Below, piece by piece: positions 15,509 through 23,134 of a stretch of DNA of 36,694 bases (the stretch's first letter is position 1; each line of letters begins with the position of its first letter). A program made the position numbers and the translations under genes. Source of the stretch: Patescibacteria group bacterium (lineage in GTDB: Bacteria > Patescibacteriota > Kazan-3B-28 > UBA10110); assembly GCA_018817805.1 (NCBI GenBank), contig JAHITC010000020.1, forward strand, positions 1-36,694, given 5' to 3'. The notes beneath the pieces are model-generated. The model ran no database searches. It was not told where the DNA came from and was given only the letters and a program-made list of their open reading frames with translations.

Positions 15509-17245
15509 TTAATCGATAGTGGCCTTAATTCGCCGAACACCGGCAGAACTGCTTTGCTCTTTAACTATTTTAAATTTACCAATTTCTCCTGTCTTGGTTA
15601 CATGCGGCCCACCACAGATTTCCTTAGAAACAACTTCGCTATTATCTGGACTGAGGATAGTATACATTTCTACTTCGTCTGGATATTTCTCTTTAAAGAA
15701 AGCGACTGCGCCGGACGCTAAAGCGTCTGTTAATTTAATTGTTTCATGTTTAACCGGTAAATTCGACTCAATTTGTTTATTAACCCAATCCTCGACTAAA
15801 GTTTTCTCTTCAGGAGATAGCGCTCTTGGGAAAGTAAAATCAAATCTTAGTCTTTCTACGCTTAGATCTGAACCTGCCTGCTTTATTTCATTACCTAGAA
15901 ATTTTATTAAGGCAGCGTGCAATAAATGAGCCGCCGTATGAAAACGAGTAATCTTTTGACGATCAGCACTACTAACAGTTGCCCCAGAAGAAAGCCCATG
16001 CCCACCAAACTTGCTTTTTACTCCCGCTCTTGAGATATCCTGATGCTGTTGGAACTTTTTATTAAATTCGTCTTCATTCACTGATGTTTCTTCTTTAATA
16101 AAGTCTAACGGCAACCCGTAGGTTGCAAATAAGTTAAAAGCATCTTCTCCACTACTCTTATTGCCATGTGATGCCAGCAATTTATCTAATTCTTTTTTGC
16201 CTTCGACCATAGTTTTAAGGAATTTATCCTTTTCCAGGTTAGCTAGCTGTAAGATCATATCCTTTTCAGTTAAAAGCTCTGGATAAAAATCTCCATACTT
16301 GGTAATAATTACTTCTAGTAGTTCATCAAAAGCTGGTAAAACTCGCAATTTGTCTAAATGTAAGATTGCTCGCCTAAGCAACCGTCTTAATATGTAGCCC
16401 TGCTCTTTATTGCTGGGTCTAACATGATCAGATAGCAAAAACACACTCCCTCTTAAATGATCGGCAATAATTTTCATTGACCTGTTAATTTCAGCACCTA
16501 CTTCTGGGACATGTTTGTGAATAGCTTCAATAATTGGCAAGAAAGCATCTGTTTCGTACATATTTCCTGCTTCTTCGGTTACTGCTGTTAGTAATCTTTC
16601 GAGCCCCATACCAGTATCGATGCCAAGGCCAGAAGAGAGGGGAGTAAGTTCTTTCTCCACTGAACAATAGTATTCATTAAAAACGATATTCCAAACCTCT
16701 ACTCCATCAATGTAAAATTCAACTGTTGGGCCACACGGACCTTCACCTCCAGTAGGCCCCCAAAAATTATCTTCTCCTTGAGCAGATATGTCGGTTAAAC
16801 CAATTAAGGTTGCTAGAATTTCTTGAGCAGTCATATCGGCGCGAGTGCCGACTCTACTGCCGTCGTAATAAGTAGCCGACAGGCGACTTGCTTGTATGCC
16901 CATATGATTGGGGCTAGTTAAAAATTCCCAAGCCCACTGGATTGCTTCATCTTTGCTAACAGATCCATTAAAGGCAAAGTTTCCAAACATTTCAAAGAAG
17001 GTTAGATGTGAATCGTCGCCCACCTCATCAATATCTGAAGTTCTAAAACATTTTTGAATACTAATTGCTCTATCACCATACGGTGATGGCTCACCTGTAA
17101 AATATGGTTTAAACTGTTGCATGCCAGCTACAGTTAGGAGTACGGATGCATCGTGCATAGGAATTAACGAAGCAGAAGGCACTAAGCGATGCCCTTTGGC
17201 CTTAAAAAAGTCGACGAACTTTTCTCTAATTTCCGAGTAAGTCAT
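15509..17245 (-). CDS. alaS: Alanyl-tRNA synthetase, short form (578 aa, no C-Ala domain)
   Basis: The N-terminus is MTYSEIREKFVDFFKAKGHRLVPSASL. Class II core motifs are present (FEMFGNF, GMGLERL), as are the editing-domain motifs HTAAHLLH and CGGPHV. The ORF ends about 30 aa after CGGPHV. Confidence 0.9.
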   Translation of the reverse strand: MTYSEIREKFVDFFKAKGHRLVPSASLIPMHDASVLLTVAGMQQFKPYFTGEPSPYGDRAISIQKCFRTSDIDEVGDDSHLTFFEMFGNFAFNGSVSKDEAIQWAWEFLTSPNHMGIQASRLSATYYDGSRVGTRADMTAQEILATLIGLTDISAQGEDNFWGPTGGEGPCGPTVEFYIDGVEVWNIVFNEYYCSVEKELTPLSSGLGIDTGMGLERLLTAVTEEAGNMYETDAFLPIIEAIHKHVPEVGAEINRSMKIIADHLRGSVFLLSDHVRPSNKEQGYILRRLLRRAILHLDKLRVLPAFDELLEVIITKYGDFYPELLTEKDMILQLANLEKDKFLKTMVEGKKELDKLLASHGNKSSGEDAFNLFATYGLPLDFIKEETSVNEDEFNKKFQQHQDISRAGVKSKFGGHGLSSGATVSSADRQKITRFHTAAHLLHAALIKFLGNEIKQAGSDLSVERLRFDFTFPRALSPEEKTLVEDWVNKQIESNLPVKHETIKLTDALASGAVAFFKEKYPDEVEMYTILSPDNSEVVSKEICGGPHVTKTGEIGKFKIVKEQSSSAGVRRIKATID

Positions 17246-17382
17246 TTATATTACCTTAAACTAGTTTTTCTTTATCTTATATATAGTATATTTCTTTTTG
17301 GACTGAAAAAATAGCTCTCTAGTACCAAAAAAGCCTTTGCCAAATGGCGCAGACTTTTCAGGAATAAATTGAAATAATTTAT

Positions 17383-17610
17383 TTACTTCTTTTTGCGACG
17401 AGTCACTTTCCTTTTCTTTGGCGCAGCCTTCTTCTTTCTCTTAGGTGCAGCCTTTCTCTTCTTTGGCGCAGCCTTCTTTCTCTTAGGTGCAGCCTTTCTC
17501 TTCTTAGCTACAGCCCTTTTTTTCTTGGGCGCAGCTTTCTTTTTCTTTGGCGCAGCCTTCTTTCTCTTAGTAGCTTTCTTCACTACTTTCTTGCGTCTTT
17601 TGACGGCCAT
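17383..17610 (-). CDS. Lys/Ala/Pro-rich histone-H1-like basic protein
   Basis: 75 aa, with 45 K/R residues and no D/E by hand count. There are six AAPK repeats plus one AVAK. A GGAGGG lies 6 nt upstream of the ATG. Confidence 0.7.
   Translation of the reverse strand: MAVKRRKKVVKKATKRKKAAPKKKKAAPKKKRAVAKKRKAAPKRKKAAPKKRKAAPKRKKKAAPKKRKVTRRKKK
17416..17570 (-). repeat. Imperfect tandem repeats (about 21-nt subunits, two 42-45-nt copies) encoding the K(K/R)(K/R)KAAP units
   Basis: 17416-17460 and 17461-17502 are near-identical (ctttggcgcagccttctt(ctt)tctcttaggtgcagcctttctctt). Degenerate copies continue to about 17570. Confidence 0.7.
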
Positions 17611-17809
17611 GTCCTACCCTCCGTGGTTAATATTATATTTAATTTGACAATTGTTTTTATAAAAATAAAACAAAAGAAATTAACAGCTACATTATAAATA
17701 CTTAGTTAACAAAAAACAAGATAAAATAAAAAAACTAACACTTTTTATAATTATTAAGCATTAGTTTTAAATTTAATTTAGAAGAAATAAATTATATTGC
17801 AGAAATAAT

Positions 17810-18475
17810 TTATTCAGCGGGAGTTTCTTTGTCTTCAGATTCTTCTGTCTCAGACTTCTCTTCGGTCGCCTCCACTGAAGCAACTGCCTCGGCTTCCGAA
17901 ACTTCTTCAACTGCTTCTTCTTCGGCGGCAGGCTCAGTAACTACCATCACCGATTCTTCGCCATCATTTAGAATTTCGACACCACTTGGCACGCTAATGT
18001 CTTTAACAGTAATTGAATCGTTTAAATTAATTAATTGAGAAATATCAACTTCAATTTCTCGTGGCAAATCTTTAGGCAAACATTCGACTTCTATTTCATC
18101 TTTGTTTGTAATTAATATTCCATCTAAATCTTTAACAGCCAACGACTCGCCAATGAATTTTAATGGAATTGTTGTTCGTAACTTTTCATCACTCTTTACT
18201 TGGTAGAAATCTATATGCAGATATTTTTCGCTTACATGATCGAATTGAACATCTTTAATTAAAACTGAGTAGGGAGAAGGGTCACCTCCTACTTGTAAAT
18301 CGATAATAGTTGATTCGCTACCACCAGCACGATAAAGCTTATCAAAATCTGCAAATGGTACAGCAATATTCACTACTGGAACCCCGCGACCATACAAAAC
18401 AGCGGGGATTAAGTTGTTAGCTCTAACATCCCTAGGTATTGCCCCTTTTGCTCTTGTTTCTGCCGTTAACTCCAT
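17810..18475 (-). CDS. rplY: 50S ribosomal protein L25/Ctc (general stress protein form) with an acidic C-terminal tail
   Basis: The RAKGAIPRDVRANNLIPAVLYG start and the DVQFDHVSEKYLHIDFYQV motif are present. The C-terminal tail is rich in E, A and S. Confidence 0.85.
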   Translation of the reverse strand: MELTAETRAKGAIPRDVRANNLIPAVLYGRGVPVVNIAVPFADFDKLYRAGGSESTIIDLQVGGDPSPYSVLIKDVQFDHVSEKYLHIDFYQVKSDEKLRTTIPLKFIGESLAVKDLDGILITNKDEIEVECLPKDLPREIEVDISQLINLNDSITVKDISVPSGVEILNDGEESVMVVTEPAAEEEAVEEVSEAEAVASVEATEEKSETEESEDKETPAE

Positions 18476-18514
18476 CAGATTTACGCCTTACCTTATAACC
18501 TAGTCAATATACTT

Positions 18515-18538
18515 AAAAAACCTTGCGGGGGCAAGGTT
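18515..18538 (-). terminator. Intrinsic terminator after the zinc-ribbon gene
   Basis: An 8-bp stem AACCTTGC/GCAAGGTT (18519-18526/18531-18538) has a 4-nt loop. It is followed on the minus strand by a U-run (A-run at 18515-18520). Confidence 0.65.
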
Positions 18539-18563
18539 CTTTATTTTGAAGAGAAAAATAGGC

Positions 18564-18926
18564 TTAATGGGTAAGGAATTTGCTTAGATCACCCTTAGAA
18601 TTAAATAGGGCACTGTGTACCTCGAGAACATCATCATGGGTAACCTTTTTAAAGATTTTATCGCTTTCGTCTTTATTTAGCTCTCTACGGCTCATTCCTT
18701 GAGGCATGACTACGTCCGAACTAGTGATAATGCCCTCTGGGGAGGCGATAGCAATACTAGCAAACACCGGAATATTACACTTATGACAGCGTAGATGCAA
18801 AAACGTCATAGTGTCGAGTTGACCCAGGTAATGGATATCCTCAAAAGCATAACCGGAAGAACAGTTCGGACAACGCATAATGTCTTGTAAGCTCTGCACT
18901 AATCGCTCAAATTGCTGATCGTTCAT
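18564..18926 (-). CDS. Cys4 zinc-ribbon protein of unknown function
   Basis: 120-aa ORF with CPNC (aa 19-22) and CHKC (aa 47-50). There is no TM segment and no Shine-Dalgarno. It has its own promoter and terminator. Confidence 0.5.
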   Translation of the reverse strand: MNDQQFERLVQSLQDIMRCPNCSSGYAFEDIHYLGQLDTMTFLHLRCHKCNIPVFASIAIASPEGIITSSDVVMPQGMSRRELNKDESDKIFKKVTHDDVLEVHSALFNSKGDLSKFLTH

Positions 18927-18955
18927 TTTGGTGTTTGTTTTAAGGTTATTACTCT

Positions 18956-18984
18956 ATCATAACCTACAGAACACTTTTTGTCAA
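18956..18984 (-). promoter_or_regulatory. Sigma70 promoter for the zinc-ribbon gene, overlapping the stop of the upstream transferase gene
   Basis: Minus strand reads TTGACA-17 nt-TATGAT. Confidence 0.55.
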
Positions 18985-20006
18985 GATGATTTATTCCGAG
19001 CCAAGCGAATAGCAGTCCTAGCCACTAAAATCATCAGAATAGCCACTATTGGCAACGCCAACAGCTTAGCCATTGAGCCAGACAATAAAGAAATAAGGCC
19101 AAATAAAGCCACGAATGTAAGAATAATTGTAGTCGCCCATGGATGATGAACCCCAGCAGCGATTAGTCGATGATGTAGATGCTCTCTGTCTGGAGAGAAA
19201 GGATGTTTTCCCGCCCGAAGGCGCCTAATAACAGCCCAAAGCAGATCTAAAAGAGGGAAACCTAATACTAAAACTGCAGTGGCTAACTTAGCTCCGTTAA
19301 TTATAGCTAATGCTCCAAGAAGAAACCCTAAAACATAACTACCAGAGTCACCCATGAAGATCTTGGCTGGATACCAGTTCCAACGCAAAAATCCAAGCAT
19401 AGTGCCAAATAAAATTACTGCCATTAAAGCCATCTCTGGTTGATGCACCATTGGCAGCCAACTCAAGAAAAATAGCACCATCGCGCCAATAATACTGGTG
19501 CCAGAAGCTAGCCCATCTAATCCATCTAACAAATTCATAGCATTAGTTATCACCATTAACCAAGCACCACTTAAAATTAAGTCCCAAGCAGGAGAGAAGA
19601 TGATGCTACCCCCTAGGGGATTGTTAATTTGGCCGATATGAATACCGAATTTCAAAGCTACTGCTACTGCAAGCAATTGAATAAGTATTTTTTGCCACGG
19701 CTTAAGACTAATTAAATCGTCTAATAGCCCCATCAAAAAAATGATACTTAAGGCAATTAGCAGGCCAATGCGCGGCTGATCTAAGGGCACAAACAGTAGA
19801 AAGCTGGTTATAAAGGTGATAAATATAGCCACTCCGCCTAATCTGGCCACTGGATAAGTGTGTAACTGATGATTAGTTAGTTTCGAGAATAACTTGTAAT
19901 GAGTAGAAAAATATTTTACTGCCCAAGTTAAAAGATATCCTAATAAAAAAGACAGGAGTAATGGTTGCCAGAACATCTGCCATGGAATGGGGGAGAGATT
20001 AAACAC
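18981..20006 (-). CDS. Polyprenyl-phosphate HexNAc-1-phosphate transferase (glycosyltransferase family 4, WecA/TagO-like rather than MraY)
   Basis: 341 aa and about 10 TM segments. Contains LLDDL, NAMNLLDGLDGLASG and a cytoplasmic PDREHLHHRL motif typical of WecA-type enzymes. It starts with GTG. Confidence 0.8.
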   Translation of the reverse strand: MFNLSPIPWQMFWQPLLLSFLLGYLLTWAVKYFSTHYKLFSKLTNHQLHTYPVARLGGVAIFITFITSFLLFVPLDQPRIGLLIALSIIFLMGLLDDLISLKPWQKILIQLLAVAVALKFGIHIGQINNPLGGSIIFSPAWDLILSGAWLMVITNAMNLLDGLDGLASGTSIIGAMVLFFLSWLPMVHQPEMALMAVILFGTMLGFLRWNWYPAKIFMGDSGSYVLGFLLGALAIINGAKLATAVLVLGFPLLDLLWAVIRRLRAGKHPFSPDREHLHHRLIAAGVHHPWATTIILTFVALFGLISLLSGSMAKLLALPIVAILMILVARTAIRLARNKSS

Positions 20007-20331
20007 CTTGATTTTGACTTAATTGTATAATGCGATCGAAATTATCTTCTAGAGCAGCTACATTGCGTTTAGTGGTGGAGCATTTTAAGCATTTGTGGTT
20101 TAAATAGAATTCGCCATGCTGATACTCAACTCCAGTTGGAGCCATTAGCCCTTTGCAATTATTAGCTCTATCTCCAGGCACATCTTTATCTACATGTTTA
20201 CTGTGCAAACAAAAAGGACAGTGATTGGTATAACCATCGCCAACTACCTTTTGACCACAACTATCGCAGGCAAAATCTTCTTTATTGCGAATAAAATTCT
20301 TTCTGTCCATTGGTTTTGACGATGTAACCAT
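19999..20331 (-). CDS. RNHCP-domain zinc-binding protein
   Basis: FACDSCGQKVVGDGYTNHCPFCLHSKHVD matches the RNHCP-domain signature, and there is a second CxxC (KCLKC). The start is either ATG 20331 or ATG 20310. It overlaps both neighbouring genes. Confidence 0.65.
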   Translation of the reverse strand: MVTSSKPMDRKNFIRNKEDFACDSCGQKVVGDGYTNHCPFCLHSKHVDKDVPGDRANNCKGLMAPTGVEYQHGEFYLNHKCLKCSTTKRNVAALEDNFDRIIQLSQNQGV

Positions 20332-21163
20332 TATTAGTAAAAATCACCTCAATTGTATCATCAAGATCAGTACGATAGATGTTGGCCCCTACACTAAGAA
20401 TCCTCGTTAAAGCTTCCTTAGTCGGATGCCCATAACCATTTTCGCCAACCGAAATAGCAGCTACTGCTGGCGACACCAGTTGTAAAAAACCGTCAGATGA
20501 AGACGACTTACTCCCATGATGTCCTACCTTTAATATATCGGATCTTAGTGTATTCCCATAGATATTACTTATTGTTGCTTCTGTGGTTGAGCTGGCATCG
20601 GCCGTCAACAATAACTGATGTTGTTGGTATATTAATCTCGCAACAATGGCCGAGTCGTTAATATTAGCAGCCGTGTCGTCGGAATTTAAAGGATAGAGCG
20701 TATCCCATTGCACGTCACCAAAATTGTAGTCAGAGCTAGCACTAGCGTAATCTACTCTGTAATGGCCACCCGCAAGCTCATCGCTCCATGCCCGACCAAT
20801 GGCAGTATCTTTCTCTGTTAATAGCGATAGTACGCGTTTTACTTTTAATCTTTTTAGCTTCAATAAATCAACCAGGCCTGTAATGTGGTCGGTTTCTGGA
20901 TGAGTAGCCACTACCAAATCGAGTTGCCGTTGCCAAATTGGTAAATAGCGATCGATTAATTTAATAACTGCGTCATCAGGACCACCGTCCACTAAAATGG
21001 TTTGCCTATTTGGTGTTCGGATTAAAATAGAATCTCCTTGGCCGACATTTAAAAAATAAACATGGAGCTTGCCATCAAAAAATGAAGTGGCTTGCCAAAT
21101 TAAAAAATTACCTAGACTAAGTGTGGCTACCAGCCAGAGAATTAACTTTTTCCGATCGAACAT
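20282..21163 (-). CDS. Membrane-anchored metallo-beta-lactamase domain protein, equivalent to the C-terminal nuclease-like domain of ComEC
   Basis: N-terminal anchor KKLILWLVATLSLGNFLIW, then YFLNVGQGDSILI, VVATHPETDHITG (an HxxxDH variant) and KVGHHGS. Confidence 0.75.
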   Translation of the reverse strand: MFDRKKLILWLVATLSLGNFLIWQATSFFDGKLHVYFLNVGQGDSILIRTPNRQTILVDGGPDDAVIKLIDRYLPIWQRQLDLVVATHPETDHITGLVDLLKLKRLKVKRVLSLLTEKDTAIGRAWSDELAGGHYRVDYASASSDYNFGDVQWDTLYPLNSDDTAANINDSAIVARLIYQQHQLLLTADASSTTEATISNIYGNTLRSDILKVGHHGSKSSSSDGFLQLVSPAVAAISVGENGYGHPTKEALTRILSVGANIYRTDLDDTIEVIFTNNGYIVKTNGQKEFYSQ

Positions 21164-22610
21164 GTTTTTTATATATTACAAAAATTAAAAGAACTAAGTA
21201 GTAAGCTATTGGCCAGCCCCAATTTATCTTCGCCAGCTCCAGAGAAGCTAGAGGCAAACGCGACAAAGTTTGAGTAATAAAAATTGCGATGGCTAATGGT
21301 GCCCAAACCATTATGCCAACCATCCACCCTAAAGTTAGGTTTATAGCGCCAGCGACCAAAGCCAAAAACCCCAAGCTCATAGTTAGCGGGATAAGTGGCA
21401 AAACTAAAAGATTAGCAATTGGGGCAATTAAAGAAACCTGTTGAAAATTATAAGCTATAATTGGAAACGCCATTATTAGGGCTGATAAAGTGGTACCCAA
21501 ATATTCATTAACCCACCAAAAACGTTTAGATAAAAACGAACCTAACATCGGAGATAGATAAAGAATACCGACAGTCGACAAAAACGATAGTTGAAAACCA
21601 ATATCATAAATAATGATTTTAGGATTGAACCATGCCATAACTGTGGCGGCAAACAGCAGGGCAACCGTAACATTTGGTGATCGCCCCACTACTCCAGACA
21701 ACATTAAAACTCCGGCCATTACTGCTGCCCTAACCACTGACGGAGACGCACCTGTCATTAACACAAACGCTATAATCCCAAGCACAGCGAAACTGAATCG
21801 AAAGCGCAAAGGCAGAAATCTCAACCAATTAAGCAACACGCCTGCAATTAATGTAATGTTAAAACCCGACAGCGCTACAATGTGAGTTAAGCCAGTGCGA
21901 TTAAAGTCTTCCAAAACACTCTTTGGCATAGAAGAGCTATCGCCAAATAATAACCCTGCTAAAAAGGCGGCTGCTGGTTGGGGGATGCCACGCTCAATAA
22001 TATTGATACATCTATTTTTAAAGTGATACAGCGCAGATAAAAAGGTGCTAGCTTTAAATTCGCTAATCACCTTAATACCAGGATAATCGATAGTGGCATA
22101 AATACCAAAACGCGAAAGATACTTTGCATAACTTGTAGTATTGTCGGTTAGCTTGAGCCGGCCACTAACTTCTATTTCATTGCCGTATTGATAACCAGGA
22201 TATTTGCGAGTGGTAATGAGCAGTTTGCCAGAAACTGGCTGACTGCTTTCTATCACCTCGTCTACTCTAACAGTGAACTTGCTTAATTCACTGGCGGCTT
22301 TGGGGTCGTCAATAATAACTCCCCGCAAAGTTATCTCACCCGCGTTATAAAAGCTAATATCCGAATTTTCAATTTGGCTATATAGATTAAACCGCAAAAT
22401 TCCAGAACTAATGGCCACCAAAAACAAAGCTATTATTACAACTAATCCGCTACGTTTGTAAAAGACTAAAGCAATGCTTAGCAGGCCAACCATTAGCCAT
22501 AGCCAAACAACCCAATGTATATGAAATAGAAAAGCACCCAAGCTAAGACCAGCTACCATGCCCAATAGCCCCAGACAAACTAAATAAAAAATTGTCCATT
22601 GACCCCGCAT
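21117..22610 (-). CDS. comEC: ComEC/Rec2 DNA internalisation channel (DUF4131 OB-fold plus competence membrane domain), lacking its MBL domain
   Basis: 497 aa and polytopic. Contains an N-terminal OB-like segment (ITLRGVIIDDP...VRVD) and competence-domain motifs (GLTHIVALSGFNIT, PSVVRAAVM). Confidence 0.8.
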   Translation of the reverse strand: MRGQWTIFYLVCLGLLGMVAGLSLGAFLFHIHWVVWLWLMVGLLSIALVFYKRSGLVVIIALFLVAISSGILRFNLYSQIENSDISFYNAGEITLRGVIIDDPKAASELSKFTVRVDEVIESSQPVSGKLLITTRKYPGYQYGNEIEVSGRLKLTDNTTSYAKYLSRFGIYATIDYPGIKVISEFKASTFLSALYHFKNRCINIIERGIPQPAAAFLAGLLFGDSSSMPKSVLEDFNRTGLTHIVALSGFNITLIAGVLLNWLRFLPLRFRFSFAVLGIIAFVLMTGASPSVVRAAVMAGVLMLSGVVGRSPNVTVALLFAATVMAWFNPKIIIYDIGFQLSFLSTVGILYLSPMLGSFLSKRFWWVNEYLGTTLSALIMAFPIIAYNFQQVSLIAPIANLLVLPLIPLTMSLGFLALVAGAINLTLGWMVGIMVWAPLAIAIFITQTLSRLPLASLELAKINWGWPIAYYLVLLIFVIYKKHVRSEKVNSLAGSHT

Positions 22611-22628
22611 ACTGGAGAAGGTTAGAAT

Positions 22629-23045
22629 CTATTTTACCAACTCGGGCATAGCATTAGGTTGAAATTGTTTTAGCCATCCCAGCTTCTGCCACTTAGTTAG
22701 TTCATCTAGATATGGAGACTCCTCGGGAAGGGGATTAACCAGAAGTATCTCTATGTTTTTATCAAGGATTATATTTAAACCTATAGCAAAAGCTATCTCT
22801 GCAAATACGCCTGCTCCTATGTACCCAGGAATATTTTTCTTTTCAAGATTTAAAACAAAAACAATATTACATTCTGACATTCTAGAATAATGATCAGTGT
22901 GGGTTTGTTTATACTGGCCTATATCATTCTCGTCTATGCTTTGGATTGTACGTATTACAGAATAACCCATATTCTCAAGTTGGATTTTCCATTCTTGGGC
23001 TTCTTGATAGAAAGCAGCGCTAGCACAGATGACAACTTTTTTCAT
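22629..23045 (-). CDS. Nucleoside 2-deoxyribosyltransferase-like (NDT/Rcl-fold) protein
   Basis: 138 aa. MKKVVICASAAFY, then CNIVFVLN..GYIGAGVFAEIAFAIG, resembles the NDT-family pattern of a flavodoxin-like beta1 strand followed by a G..(F)E.G catalytic-Glu motif. Confidence 0.45.
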   Translation of the reverse strand: MKKVVICASAAFYQEAQEWKIQLENMGYSVIRTIQSIDENDIGQYKQTHTDHYSRMSECNIVFVLNLEKKNIPGYIGAGVFAEIAFAIGLNIILDKNIEILLVNPLPEESPYLDELTKWQKLGWLKQFQPNAMPELVK

Positions 23046-23134
23046 ATATTTATCTTACCAGTTTCAGTTATTAATCTAACACACAAAAAGACTCGCCCCT
23101 CATGCAAGGGCTTCTCTTAACTGTCTTAATAAAC

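Noticed and set aside
13259-15519. Numerous 60-116-aa plus-strand ORFs inside the 547-aa and FtsA-like genes
   Set aside because: They are antisense shadows of long minus-strand ORFs that have recognisable motifs. They carry no independent start signals.
17393-17647. 84-aa Phe/Ala/Gly-repeat ORF on the plus strand
   Set aside because: It is the mirror frame of the Lys/Ala-rich gene. It has a TTG start and no Shine-Dalgarno, whereas the minus-strand frame has GGAGGG plus ATG and a known protein type.
21161-21175. Programmed -1 ribosomal frameshifting at the A-run joining the two ComEC ORFs
   Set aside because: The downstream ORF is in the +1 frame, not -1. The A6 run is not phased as an X XXY YYZ heptamer and I see no downstream stimulatory hairpin. 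An indel or a true split is more likely.
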